64,000 bases of DNA from Gammaproteobacteria bacterium (GTDB lineage Bacteria; Pseudomonadota; Gammaproteobacteria; GCA-001735895), in assembly GCA_050298595.1 (NCBI GenBank), contig JBNKUM010000094.1, positions 64,001 to 128,000 of the forward strand, written 5' to 3'. Below the pieces are notes generated by a model. The model ran no database searches and was not told the origin of the DNA. It saw only the letters and a list, made by a program, of their open reading frames with translations. This document shows, piece after piece, positions 31,706-40,855 of the stretch. The position numbers and the translations under genes were made by a program. Within the stretch, counting starts at the first letter, position 1, and each line of letters starts with the position of its first letter.

Positions 31706-33274
31706 ATGAAATATCTAATTTTTATAACTGTGCTATTTAGCCTCGTGTCCTGCCAGACAGTGACAAGGGGTACGGATGACCGTATGTCAGTGTCGACTGG
31801 GCATCTGGGGGATCCTGTTCCAGAGAAACAGTCAGTAAAGCAGGATATCCCAGCTGTGGTGGATCAGTTACCTATAGTTGAGGCACCAAAGCCCACTGAA
31901 AAGTTACAGGTTTTTACCGTAGTAGCAACCGATCTGCCAGCCAATGAATTGCTGTTTGCCTTAGCCCGAGATGCGCGCTTGAATTTGGATATCGACCCTG
32001 CAATTTCTGGAAATGTGAGCATTAACGCGATTGATCAGACACTGCCCCAGATCCTTAAAAGAATCTCTCGGCAAATTAGCTTACATTACTACATCGATGG
32101 CCCCAACCTGGTAGTAGAACGAGATTTACCGTTTATGCGTAACTACCCGATCAATTATCTGAATATGGAAAGAGCCACCTCTTCGAAAGTAGAGATCTCA
32201 TCCAAGATTTCTTCGACCGGATCAGGAACTGGTGGCGGTGGAGGTGGCGGTAGTGACTCTTCTACTGGTATCAGTAATAAGAGCGATAACAGCTTCTGGA
32301 AGACCCTGGAGACTAATCTTGCCGCTATCGCTAGTAGTAATGGGGCTAAGGGTGTTGTCATTGTGAATAAAGAGGGTGGCATGATATCGGTAATGACCAC
32401 TGCATCGAATCATGATTCCATTCAGGCTTTTATCGATCAGGTTATGTCCAGTGTACGCAAGCAGGTTCTAATCGAGGCAACAGTGGTAGAGGTTACGCTC
32501 AGCGATGAGTTTCAGGCGGGTGTTGACTGGTCAAGAATTGTAAATGGTAATGGCTGGGATATTACACAGAGTACTCTGGGTGGTGCACTGGGAACAGCCC
32601 CTTTTGTATCCGCAAGTTATTCTAATACCAGCTCAGGTAGTACGGTTACTGCAGCTATTAAAGCGCTTGATTCGTTTGGTGATGTATCCGTTATGTCTTC
32701 CCCCAAGATCATGGCTTTAAATAACCAGACATCAATATTGAAGGTGGTAGACAACGCTGTTTATTTTAATTTTGATGTGAGTACGACTGTGAGTGATACG
32801 GGAGTACCGAATACTACGTTTAATACAACGATAAATACTGTGCCTGTCGGCTTTGTCATGAATGTCACTCCTTTTATTACCTCTGACAATGAAGTGATAT
32901 TAAACGTACGACCAACTATTTCCAGAATACTGGGGTATGTAAATGATCCTAATCCTGAGTTAGCAGCTGCAAATGTTGAGTCTCAAATCCCTCAGATACA
33001 GGTACGTGAGATGGAATCGGTATTACGAGTTGCAGATGGTGATACAGCAGTAATAGGTGGTCTTATGGAAAATAGTATTGATCAAAACAGTGCGGGTATC
33101 CCTGGATTGCATGACGTGAAAGGTGTCGGCGTCCTTTTTGGAACACAGGCAAAAAATACTAACAAGACTGAACTGGTGATTTTTCTAAGACCCAGAATTA
33201 TCGATAGCGCAAGCCTGAATAGCGATCTGACTGATTTTCAACGCTACCTTAAACCCCGGCTGTTAGCAGAATAG
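31706..33274 (+). CDS. Second secretin (MshL-like lipoprotein)
   Basis: Lipobox LVSC; QVLIEATVVEV, SSPKIMALNNQ, NVRPTIS, VIGGLM, TELVIFLRP. Confidence 0.92.
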   Translation: MKYLIFITVLFSLVSCQTVTRGTDDRMSVSTGHLGDPVPEKQSVKQDIPAVVDQLPIVEAPKPTEKLQVFTVVATDLPANELLFALARDARLNLDIDPAISGNVSINAIDQTLPQILKRISRQISLHYYIDGPNLVVERDLPFMRNYPINYLNMERATSSKVEISSKISSTGSGTGGGGGGGSDSSTGISNKSDNSFWKTLETNLAAIASSNGAKGVVIVNKEGGMISVMTTASNHDSIQAFIDQVMSSVRKQVLIEATVVEVTLSDEFQAGVDWSRIVNGNGWDITQSTLGGALGTAPFVSASYSNTSSGSTVTAAIKALDSFGDVSVMSSPKIMALNNQTSILKVVDNAVYFNFDVSTTVSDTGVPNTTFNTTINTVPVGFVMNVTPFITSDNEVILNVRPTISRILGYVNDPNPELAAANVESQIPQIQVREMESVLRVADGDTAVIGGLMENSIDQNSAGIPGLHDVKGVGVLFGTQAKNTNKTELVIFLRPRIIDSASLNSDLTDFQRYLKPRLLAE

Positions 33275-33296
33275 CTACAACCAACTGGGGATTGCT

Positions 33297-35315
33297 ATGA
33301 GCTTACTATTAGATGCATTGAAAAAAGCCGCCGAGAAGAAGGCGCAGAAAGATGCTGAAAGCAAGGCGGTAGAAAATACTGAAGTTCTAACCAGAACTCG
33401 GGTAACCAACGATAAAACCATCGCTGATGAAACGCTAGCGATGACTGAGACTGAGCTGGATGCAACTAGCATTGATGCGACTCAACTGGATAAAACCTCA
33501 GCGGATACGACTTTAAAAATAGGCTCGACTCAAGTTGATGCTACTCAAGCTGATCATGAGTCTACCCTGGAATTAGATATCAAAAATCTGGATTTATCAA
33601 AGCTAGCTGCTGAGGAAAATGAAGTTATTTTTGATTCAGGTGCAGATGACTCTCTCTCTTTTATTGATGAGGAAGAGGTGATAACCGATGATAAGGCAGA
33701 GGATGAAACCATAGTATTAACGCCTGATGACATCACCGATTTTTTGGGTGACGGTAATTACCCGAAACAGACGAAACCGGAAAAAGTTGTGCCTCCTCCG
33801 GTCAGGCATGAAATATCAGACGATACAACCTTAACGAATCCAGATGCCATAAGCCTGACAGATATTGATCGGGATAGCCTGGATCTGGAACCAGTGGTTG
33901 ATAAGGATTATTCGCAGGCTCAGGATTCAACCAGAACTGAATCAGCAAACTATAATTCTTACGATGGCATTTTGTCTCGGCAAGAAAGGGGCCGGGGCAC
34001 GTCTTCTTCAGTACAGCCTGGTGAAGGTAGTCAGTCGACGATGATGAATGCTGATAGCACTTCAGTGGATATAGAAAAGTTAACCAATGATGAAACAGTA
34101 ACCATCAAAGATAGTACGTTCACTCGTACTTTTGCACCTGACAATTATGACAGGACCTTGATGAAGCTCACGGATAATAACGTATCACGGATATTCTCGG
34201 GGATGAGGTCAGAAACTGATTCTGTGATGACGCCAGACTATGCAAAAAAGATATTTATCACCAAGTCACGAGGTGTTAAAAATTATTACTACAAGGTCTA
34301 TGCCGGTATTGCGCTGTGTATTTTACTTGTTGTGGTTGTCTGGGGACTGTTTGAGATTCAATCTGAATCTGAGTCAATCGATAATAGTTTGATTGCTTTA
34401 AAGAGAGATCCCATGCCGGGCGTGATTAAACCTAAAAGGCAGTCCGAGCCGGATAATCTATTTTTATCTGCGCCAAAGGTTGATAATAATGCGATAAAGG
34501 TTATTGAAAAAGCAAGTAAAGTTGCTGATGGTGTTTCCGGTGAAGTTCAACAGAAAGGTTCAGCTATACAGGCAGAAGATATAGGTGAGGTCGCTGTTCA
34601 AAGCGTATCGCCAAACGATTCGGTCGATTCTCTGGGTAGCCAGCAGTCGAAGTCACCTGCTGTGAAAGCAAAAGCAAATTCAGTAAAAAAACAGCCATCA
34701 GCTCAGTCTAAACAGGCATCGCTGCAAATTTCTTCAAATAAACGAGTTTCTGAAAAAGATCAGATATTAGCTGAGGCTTATGCCGCCTATGAAGCTGGAG
34801 ATATAGATAAGGCCAGAAGGCAATATCAACAGGTAATAGCTCTTGACCCCGAGAACAGGGATGCTCTGTTAGGTCGTGCTGCTATTTATGTTTTAGATAA
34901 TCAATTTGAGAGAGCTATTACTCTCTATCAGAAACTTTTGCTTGCTAATCCTAAGGATGATCTGGCAATGACTTCGCTTATCTCGGTTGCTAATGTTGAC
35001 CCACAAACAGGGGAGACAGAAATAAAGCGCCTGTTGAATGACTTACCTGAATCACCTTACCTGCATTTTGCTTTAGGTAATATGTTTGGAAATCAGAATC
35101 GTTGGGCAGAAGCTCAAACTGAATATTTTAAGGCGTTACAAATTAAACCCGAAGATCCAAACTATGCCTATAACATGGCCGTTAGTCTCGAGCATTTACA
35201 AAAGTCAGATTCTGCAATTACGTTTTATGAACGGGCATTAAAAAATAAAATAAATGGTTTGGCGACTTTCAGTGAATCTTTAGTGGTACAACGTATCGAG
35301 GTGCTGAGTCAGTGA
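33297..35315 (+). CDS. Bitopic TPR protein (ExeB/MshN-like N-terminus, acidic Thr-rich cytoplasmic region)
   Basis: MSLLLDALKKA; about 320 aa acidic region; TM YAGIALCILLVVVVWGL; C-terminal TPRs. Confidence 0.8.
   Translation: MSLLLDALKKAAEKKAQKDAESKAVENTEVLTRTRVTNDKTIADETLAMTETELDATSIDATQLDKTSADTTLKIGSTQVDATQADHESTLELDIKNLDLSKLAAEENEVIFDSGADDSLSFIDEEEVITDDKAEDETIVLTPDDITDFLGDGNYPKQTKPEKVVPPPVRHEISDDTTLTNPDAISLTDIDRDSLDLEPVVDKDYSQAQDSTRTESANYNSYDGILSRQERGRGTSSSVQPGEGSQSTMMNADSTSVDIEKLTNDETVTIKDSTFTRTFAPDNYDRTLMKLTDNNVSRIFSGMRSETDSVMTPDYAKKIFITKSRGVKNYYYKVYAGIALCILLVVVVWGLFEIQSESESIDNSLIALKRDPMPGVIKPKRQSEPDNLFLSAPKVDNNAIKVIEKASKVADGVSGEVQQKGSAIQAEDIGEVAVQSVSPNDSVDSLGSQQSKSPAVKAKANSVKKQPSAQSKQASLQISSNKRVSEKDQILAEAYAAYEAGDIDKARRQYQQVIALDPENRDALLGRAAIYVLDNQFERAITLYQKLLLANPKDDLAMTSLISVANVDPQTGETEIKRLLNDLPESPYLHFALGNMFGNQNRWAEAQTEYFKALQIKPEDPNYAYNMAVSLEHLQKSDSAITFYERALKNKINGLATFSESLVVQRIEVLSQ
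33411..33555 (+). repeat. Degenerate 15-bp coding tandem repeat (D-x-T-x-x pentapeptide)
   Basis: DKTIA DETLA ... DATSI DATQL DKTSA DTTLK ... DATQA; DNA units such as ctggatgcaactagc / attgatgcgactcaa / ctggataaaacctca / gttgatgctactcaa. Confidence 0.75.
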
Positions 35316-37027
35316 AAACCGTACCCGGTACTAATAAGCCAAAAAGACTGGGCGAAATACTCATCGATGAAGGGGTTATCACCCCGGATCAATTAAATAT
35401 CGCGCTTACTGAACAAAAAAAAGTCGATTTGCCAATAGGTAAACTGTTGGTAAATCTGGGGTTTGCTACCGAATCTATAATGCGTTCAGCTCTAGGTGAA
35501 GCGCTAGAGCAGGACAGTGTTGATCTCTCCAGAGTAGTGCCTGATCCTGAGGCGATTAAGCTGATAGATTCAGACACTGCGCGTAAACACAAAGTTATCC
35601 CGCTTAATTACAATAGCATGACCGGCAGCTTAACCATCGCCATGTCGGATACTTTCAATCTATTCACGCTGGATCGTATTCGAATTCAGATTGGACAGCA
35701 TGTTGAAATCACACCAGTGCTGGCGGGTGAAACCGAGATTTCGAATGCCATAGATCAGTTCTATGGATATGAACTTTCAATTGATGGCATCCTGCGTGAA
35801 ATTGAAACTGGAGAAGCGGATTATACTAATTATCAGGGTGATATTGAAGAATACAGTCAGCCACTGGTAAGACTGGTGGATGTCATGATGGCCGATGCGG
35901 TAAAGCGAGGAGCCTCAGATATTCACTTTGAACCAGAGGAAAGCTTTCTACGTATCCGTTATCGAATTGATGGTGTATTGCGGCAGATCCGGAGTTTGCA
36001 TAAAACCTATTGGGCTGCAATAGCGGTACGGCTAAAGGTTATGGCGAATATGAATATTGCTGAAACTCGGGCTCCTCAGGATGGGAGGATTTCAAGAATA
36101 ATCATAGGTCGGCAGATTGATTTTCGTGTGGCATCCCAACCAACCATTCACGGTGAAAATATCGTTCTGCGTGTGCTGGACAGGGAAAAAGGGGTAATTC
36201 CTCTGGATGGGCTGGAACTACCCGATGCCTCGATGCGAATTTTGAAGATTATGATGGCTCGGCCTGAGGGGATAATTCTGGTAACCGGCCCGACGGGTAG
36301 TGGTAAGACAACTACGCTTTACTCGCTACTCAATCACATGAGTACAGAAAAAGTTAATATCATGACCCTGGAAGATCCTGTTGAATATCCTTTTCCATTG
36401 ATTCGGCAAACTTCAGTGAGTGATATGGCTGGGATGAATTTTGCTGACGGCATTAAGTCTTTAATGCGTCAGGATCCAGATATTATTCTGGTAGGTGAGA
36501 TTCGTGATGAAGATACTGCAGAGATGGCTTTTCGCGCAGCGATGACGGGGCATCAGGTCTATTCTACCTTGCATACAAATTCTGCCATTGGCGCGCTGCC
36601 TCGTTTAAGAGATATTGGTATTATGCCTGAAATTATGGCGGGTAATATTATTGGTGTCATAGCGCAACGCCTGGTGCGTAAATTGTGTAAATACTGTAAG
36701 GAGCCATATCATCCTGACGATTATGAGTTCAGGCTTTTATCAAATCCTGATGGCATCAGGCCCAATAAAATTTATCGCTCCAAAGGCTGCTCGGCCTGCG
36801 ATAACACGGGTTATAAAGGGCGTATGGCGCTGATGGAAATTCTCAAGATGAACTCTGAAATTGACGACATGCTGGCTCATGGTGCAACAACCAAAGAAAT
36901 AAAAGATGTGGCTTATCAACAGGGTTTTTTCACGCTTGCTGATGATGGAATTCGGCATGTTCTAAGCGGTGTGACTTCTATTGAAGAAATATCGCGAGTA
37001 ACTGACCTGACAGACAGGATGACCTAG
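35312..37027 (+). CDS. Second GspE/PilB-family assembly ATPase with MshEN-like N-terminus
   Basis: RLGEILIDEGVI...L...L..Q, GPTGSGKT, RQDPD, STLHTN, CKYC/CSAC. Confidence 0.93.
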   Translation: MKTVPGTNKPKRLGEILIDEGVITPDQLNIALTEQKKVDLPIGKLLVNLGFATESIMRSALGEALEQDSVDLSRVVPDPEAIKLIDSDTARKHKVIPLNYNSMTGSLTIAMSDTFNLFTLDRIRIQIGQHVEITPVLAGETEISNAIDQFYGYELSIDGILREIETGEADYTNYQGDIEEYSQPLVRLVDVMMADAVKRGASDIHFEPEESFLRIRYRIDGVLRQIRSLHKTYWAAIAVRLKVMANMNIAETRAPQDGRISRIIIGRQIDFRVASQPTIHGENIVLRVLDREKGVIPLDGLELPDASMRILKIMMARPEGIILVTGPTGSGKTTTLYSLLNHMSTEKVNIMTLEDPVEYPFPLIRQTSVSDMAGMNFADGIKSLMRQDPDIILVGEIRDEDTAEMAFRAAMTGHQVYSTLHTNSAIGALPRLRDIGIMPEIMAGNIIGVIAQRLVRKLCKYCKEPYHPDDYEFRLLSNPDGIRPNKIYRSKGCSACDNTGYKGRMALMEILKMNSEIDDMLAHGATTKEIKDVAYQQGFFTLADDGIRHVLSGVTSIEEISRVTDLTDRMT

Positions 37028-37031
37028 CTCT

Positions 37032-38237
37032 ATGCCATTGTATAAATATAAAGCCATAGATAAGTCAGGTAAATTTATTCAGGGGAGTCTGGACGCGGGA
37101 AATATTGCCGATCTGGAATTACGCCTGGATAAAATGAGTCTCGATCTGATTACTTTCAAGCAGAAAGATCCCGGAGCAGATATTTTTGGACGCAATAAAA
37201 TTAAGCGTCGCGACCTTATTAACTTTAGCTTTCATCTTGAACAGTTAACCCGATCAGGCGTACCTATTCTTGATGGCTTGAAGGACTTGAGAGCCAGTGA
37301 AGAGAACCCTGGCTTCCGTGATGTCATTGCGAGTGTGATTGAAGCGATTGAGGGTGGTAATTCTTTCTCCAGGGCGTTAGCAATGTACCCCAAGGTGTTT
37401 GATGATGTTTTCACTAGCTTGATTAAGGTTGGAGAGCATAGCGGTAAAATGGCTGTAGTATTATCAGACATTACGGAAACTCTTAAATGGCAGGATGAGA
37501 TACTTGGCAAAGCGAAAAAAATCATGACTTATCCGGCTGTTATCGGTTCGTTGATTATGGCTGTTATTATGTTCCTGATGATTTTTATAGTACCGGACAT
37601 AATGAGTGCAATCGTTTCTCTGGGTGGAGAGATACCGCTGGAGACCAAAGCGCTTATGGCTGTGTCATGGTTCCTGGTTAATTACTGGTATCTAGTTATT
37701 GCTGTTCCTATAGCCCTGTTCTTCCTGATTAGGCATTTTTATAAAACTAATACTAAATTTCATTTCAAGATGGACGGCATTCTACTCAGGATTTGGCCCA
37801 TAGGTGATGTGAATGAAAAAATAAAAATCTCTCGTTTTACGCGATATTTCGCATTGATGTTTGCTTCTGGAATCACGGTTCTCGATGCAATCAAAATGAG
37901 TAAAGCTGTTGTTAGCAATCTGGTTCTGGAAGATGGTATTGATCGTGCCTGGGTACAGATTTCGGAAGGTGGTAGCATCAGTGAGAGCTTTCAGAATATA
38001 GGGATATTTCCTCCTCTGGTCATTCGAATGCTGCGTGTGGGTGAGTCTACCGGGCGTATGGATGAGTCGCTAAAAAATGTGAGTTATTTTTTTGAGAGAG
38101 ATATTAATGACCAGATTGATAAGCTTGAACCCGTGTTGCAAACATCGTTAATGGCCGCAATAGGTATTATCGTACTTTGGTTGGCGTTGTCAGTACTTGG
38201 CCCGATTTATGACACTATCAGCACCATAGACTTTTAA
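37032..38237 (+). CDS. Second GspF/PilC-family platform protein
   Basis: SGVPILDGL, VGEHSG, MTYP, GESTGRMD, LEP. Confidence 0.92.
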   Translation: MPLYKYKAIDKSGKFIQGSLDAGNIADLELRLDKMSLDLITFKQKDPGADIFGRNKIKRRDLINFSFHLEQLTRSGVPILDGLKDLRASEENPGFRDVIASVIEAIEGGNSFSRALAMYPKVFDDVFTSLIKVGEHSGKMAVVLSDITETLKWQDEILGKAKKIMTYPAVIGSLIMAVIMFLMIFIVPDIMSAIVSLGGEIPLETKALMAVSWFLVNYWYLVIAVPIALFFLIRHFYKTNTKFHFKMDGILLRIWPIGDVNEKIKISRFTRYFALMFASGITVLDAIKMSKAVVSNLVLEDGIDRAWVQISEGGSISESFQNIGIFPPLVIRMLRVGESTGRMDESLKNVSYFFERDINDQIDKLEPVLQTSLMAAIGIIVLWLALSVLGPIYDTISTIDF

Positions 38238-38243
38238 ATCATT

Positions 38244-39824
38244 ATGAAAAGAGTTCTCTACTTTACAGGATATAGAATGGTAGCCCAGGAGTGGTCTGGG
38301 CCGAAGCTGCTGAGTAGTGTTTATTTTGAGCCAGATGAGCAGGGGCTGGATTTATTTACGGCTTATCTCCAGTCACTTAAAAATGAACCAGTCCGACTGT
38401 TAATTGATTTAATCGAAGAAGAGTTTCGTCAGGTTAAAATACCGCTTCTCAGAGGTTCTGATCGGCAGGAGATTATAAATAGGAATTTTACCAAGTTTTT
38501 TAGAAACTCCGTGTATCGTCTGGCACGATCACAATCAGTTCAGAAAAAGGAAAGAAAAGAAGAGCATCTGTTGCTGATGGGGTTGACGAATCAATACATA
38601 CTAAAACCCTGGCTGCAAATAATAAATGATACTCGGACACCTTTATCTGGAATTTTAAGCCTGCCACTAATAAGTGAAGATTTTATTGCCCGTTTTAAGG
38701 GGGAGCATGAATGTGTCATTCTCGTTACTCAACAGGTACCCAGCAATCTCCGTCAATCCGTTTTCATAAAAGGTAAATTAATTCTTAGTCGTCTGGTTCC
38801 GATAGCCAGTTTCTATCAGGGTGATTATGCCTCGGATGTTGTTCGTGATGTTGAAGGTACACAGCGTTACCTCTTTAGCCAGAGAATAATCGATCGTACC
38901 GATGTGATATCAGTGCATATACTGTGTAATCAACGGCATAAAGATAAACTGGCTGTAAAATGTTCCGGGGATGAATATTTTGACTATCACATACATGATG
39001 TAAATGATGTTATTGAGCAGGAAAAAATAGAACTCAAGGAGGAGCAGGATTTTAGCTCAGTTTTATTTTGCTATCATGCCTCAAAAAAACTGCTAGTTAA
39101 TCATTATGCGAATACCTCTGAAAAAAAATATTTTTATCATCAGCTTGCTGCTGTTAGTGGCAAAGTAATTGGTATGATATTAATCGCAACAGCTGTCGGG
39201 CTTTTTACTACCGCCTTCATAAAGGGTGTCTTATATGGAAGTACTGTTAATGAAATGCAGCTGGTCGAACAGAAATATAAGTCAAAATTTAATCAGCTTT
39301 CAGAGAGTCGAATCGACTCCAGTACTAGCACTACTACCATGCAGTCCGTTGTTAATACAGTAGAACAGATTGAAAAAAAATATCAAACCCGTCCAAGAGA
39401 TCTTCTGGTTAAAATCAGTCAGCACATATCGTTATTTAATGCGCTCAGGTTAAAAAAATTAGATTGGTTTATTTCCAATTCTCCAGATTCTAAATCTATT
39501 AGCGAGGTGTCCTGGGGTGGTGGGAATGCTCGAAGAGGCTCAAGGTCGCGAGCAGGGAATGCCCTGTATGAAATTGCCATATTATCTGGAGAATTCCTTG
39601 AGTTTGATGGAAATTACAGATATGTGTTGAGCGCTATCGATGATCTGGAGGATGCAATGAAAGTATCGAATGAGTATGACTCTGTTACTATTTTAAAGCG
39701 TCCTCTGGATATAGAACCAGAAAACAAATTATCTGGTGATGCAGGTGCTAATGCAGGCGTCGGAAATAACAGAGCTGAGTTTTCCATACGCGTTGTGAGA
39801 AAGGTAAGCATTGATGAAAAATAA
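38244..39824 (+). CDS. Putative PilM/PilN-fusion (GspL/MshI-like) alignment protein
   Basis: Large soluble N-domain, one TM near aa 305-330, periplasmic coiled coil; lies directly after the platform gene. Confidence 0.55.
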   Translation: MKRVLYFTGYRMVAQEWSGPKLLSSVYFEPDEQGLDLFTAYLQSLKNEPVRLLIDLIEEEFRQVKIPLLRGSDRQEIINRNFTKFFRNSVYRLARSQSVQKKERKEEHLLLMGLTNQYILKPWLQIINDTRTPLSGILSLPLISEDFIARFKGEHECVILVTQQVPSNLRQSVFIKGKLILSRLVPIASFYQGDYASDVVRDVEGTQRYLFSQRIIDRTDVISVHILCNQRHKDKLAVKCSGDEYFDYHIHDVNDVIEQEKIELKEEQDFSSVLFCYHASKKLLVNHYANTSEKKYFYHQLAAVSGKVIGMILIATAVGLFTTAFIKGVLYGSTVNEMQLVEQKYKSKFNQLSESRIDSSTSTTTMQSVVNTVEQIEKKYQTRPRDLLVKISQHISLFNALRLKKLDWFISNSPDSKSISEVSWGGGNARRGSRSRAGNALYEIAILSGEFLEFDGNYRYVLSAIDDLEDAMKVSNEYDSVTILKRPLDIEPENKLSGDAGANAGVGNNRAEFSIRVVRKVSIDEK

Positions 39825-40416
39825 AATCGACTGGTTTTTTCTAAGACGAGCTTTAATATTTTTATCTTTAGCCATTATTTTTTCAGTTGTTTTGACTTTT
39901 CTTGGTTGGGAGTATGAGGATGCAAAATTTGAAGAGTACCAGAAGGGGGTGGAAAATCTGAGGACCACTCATCGACTCTATAAAAATATGGTTAATGATA
40001 TTGATTTGCTGGAACAATATACCGTTAAATATTCGGCCTATAAAGCTTCAGGGCTGGTCGGTGATGAACGTAGATTGAGCTGGATTGAAAGTCTGAAATC
40101 CACCAACTCGGTCCTGAAACTTCCAAAAATTAGTTTTAATCTGTTACCGCAGGAAGGGTTTAATCGACCGGGATTTAAAGCTGAAAGAATGGTCGAAGTC
40201 AAAAGTTCCCCTATGGAATTAAATATGGCAATACTACATGAAGAAGATATATCTGCACTTTTTGATGGCTTGAGTTCTTCAATCAGTAACCTGTTTTCAG
40301 TTGATAGCTGTAGTATTTCATTGCAGGGAAAGGTGGGGGGTAAATTTGACACAAAGAGAGCAAACTTAAACGCAAATTGTGTTATTCGATGGATTAGTAT
40401 CAATGCTAAAAGTTAA
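39814..40416 (+). CDS. PilO/GspM-like membrane protein
   Basis: N-terminal TM, coiled coil, RLSWIE, LHEED, Cys pair. Confidence 0.55.
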   Translation: MKNKIDWFFLRRALIFLSLAIIFSVVLTFLGWEYEDAKFEEYQKGVENLRTTHRLYKNMVNDIDLLEQYTVKYSAYKASGLVGDERRLSWIESLKSTNSVLKLPKISFNLLPQEGFNRPGFKAERMVEVKSSPMELNMAILHEEDISALFDGLSSSISNLFSVDSCSISLQGKVGGKFDTKRANLNANCVIRWISINAKS

Positions 40417-40846
40417 ACATTTTTTTATTATTTTATTACTTCTATCGGGTAATTTTACTCAGGCCTTAGCTGAGGATAAGTCGCAGCTATTAACCTTATT
40501 TAGTACAGCTCAAGAACGACAGATTATAAATAACAATCGATATAAAAATGACACTCCGGTTAAAAATACACCTGTTCAACCTCAGTCGGTAGAAGAAGTT
40601 GTAGAGCTACCAAAAGTAGAGGTCAATGTGTCCTATCAAATATCTGGTGTATCTACTAATACCGAAGGTAGCAAAACCGCCTGGGTTAATGGTAAGTCCT
40701 ATGAATCCGGTGACGTTATGGAAGATGGCTCAAAAATTAGAATAAGGAATACCACTGTCATTATTACCACGGTTGATGGTAAAAGTCATACTGGGGTTAG
40801 TGGTGAAGTGCTGGAATTGACCTATCTTCGTGCTGCTGAGCAATAA
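40403..40846 (+). CDS. MshK/PilP/GspC-like exported protein
   Basis: Signal peptide; LFST.QER..I, ISGV....G..TAWVNG. Confidence 0.55.
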   Translation: MLKVKHFFIILLLLSGNFTQALAEDKSQLLTLFSTAQERQIINNNRYKNDTPVKNTPVQPQSVEEVVELPKVEVNVSYQISGVSTNTEGSKTAWVNGKSYESGDVMEDGSKIRIRNTTVIITTVDGKSHTGVSGEVLELTYLRAAEQ

Positions 40847-40855
40847 ATTTAAGCT

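Noticed and set aside
32215-32275. Gly/Ser-rich tract in the second secretin (and the Ser/Asn tract in MshL) as a contingency repeat
   Set aside because: Mixed codons, in frame; low-complexity linkers at this position are normal in MshL-type secretins.
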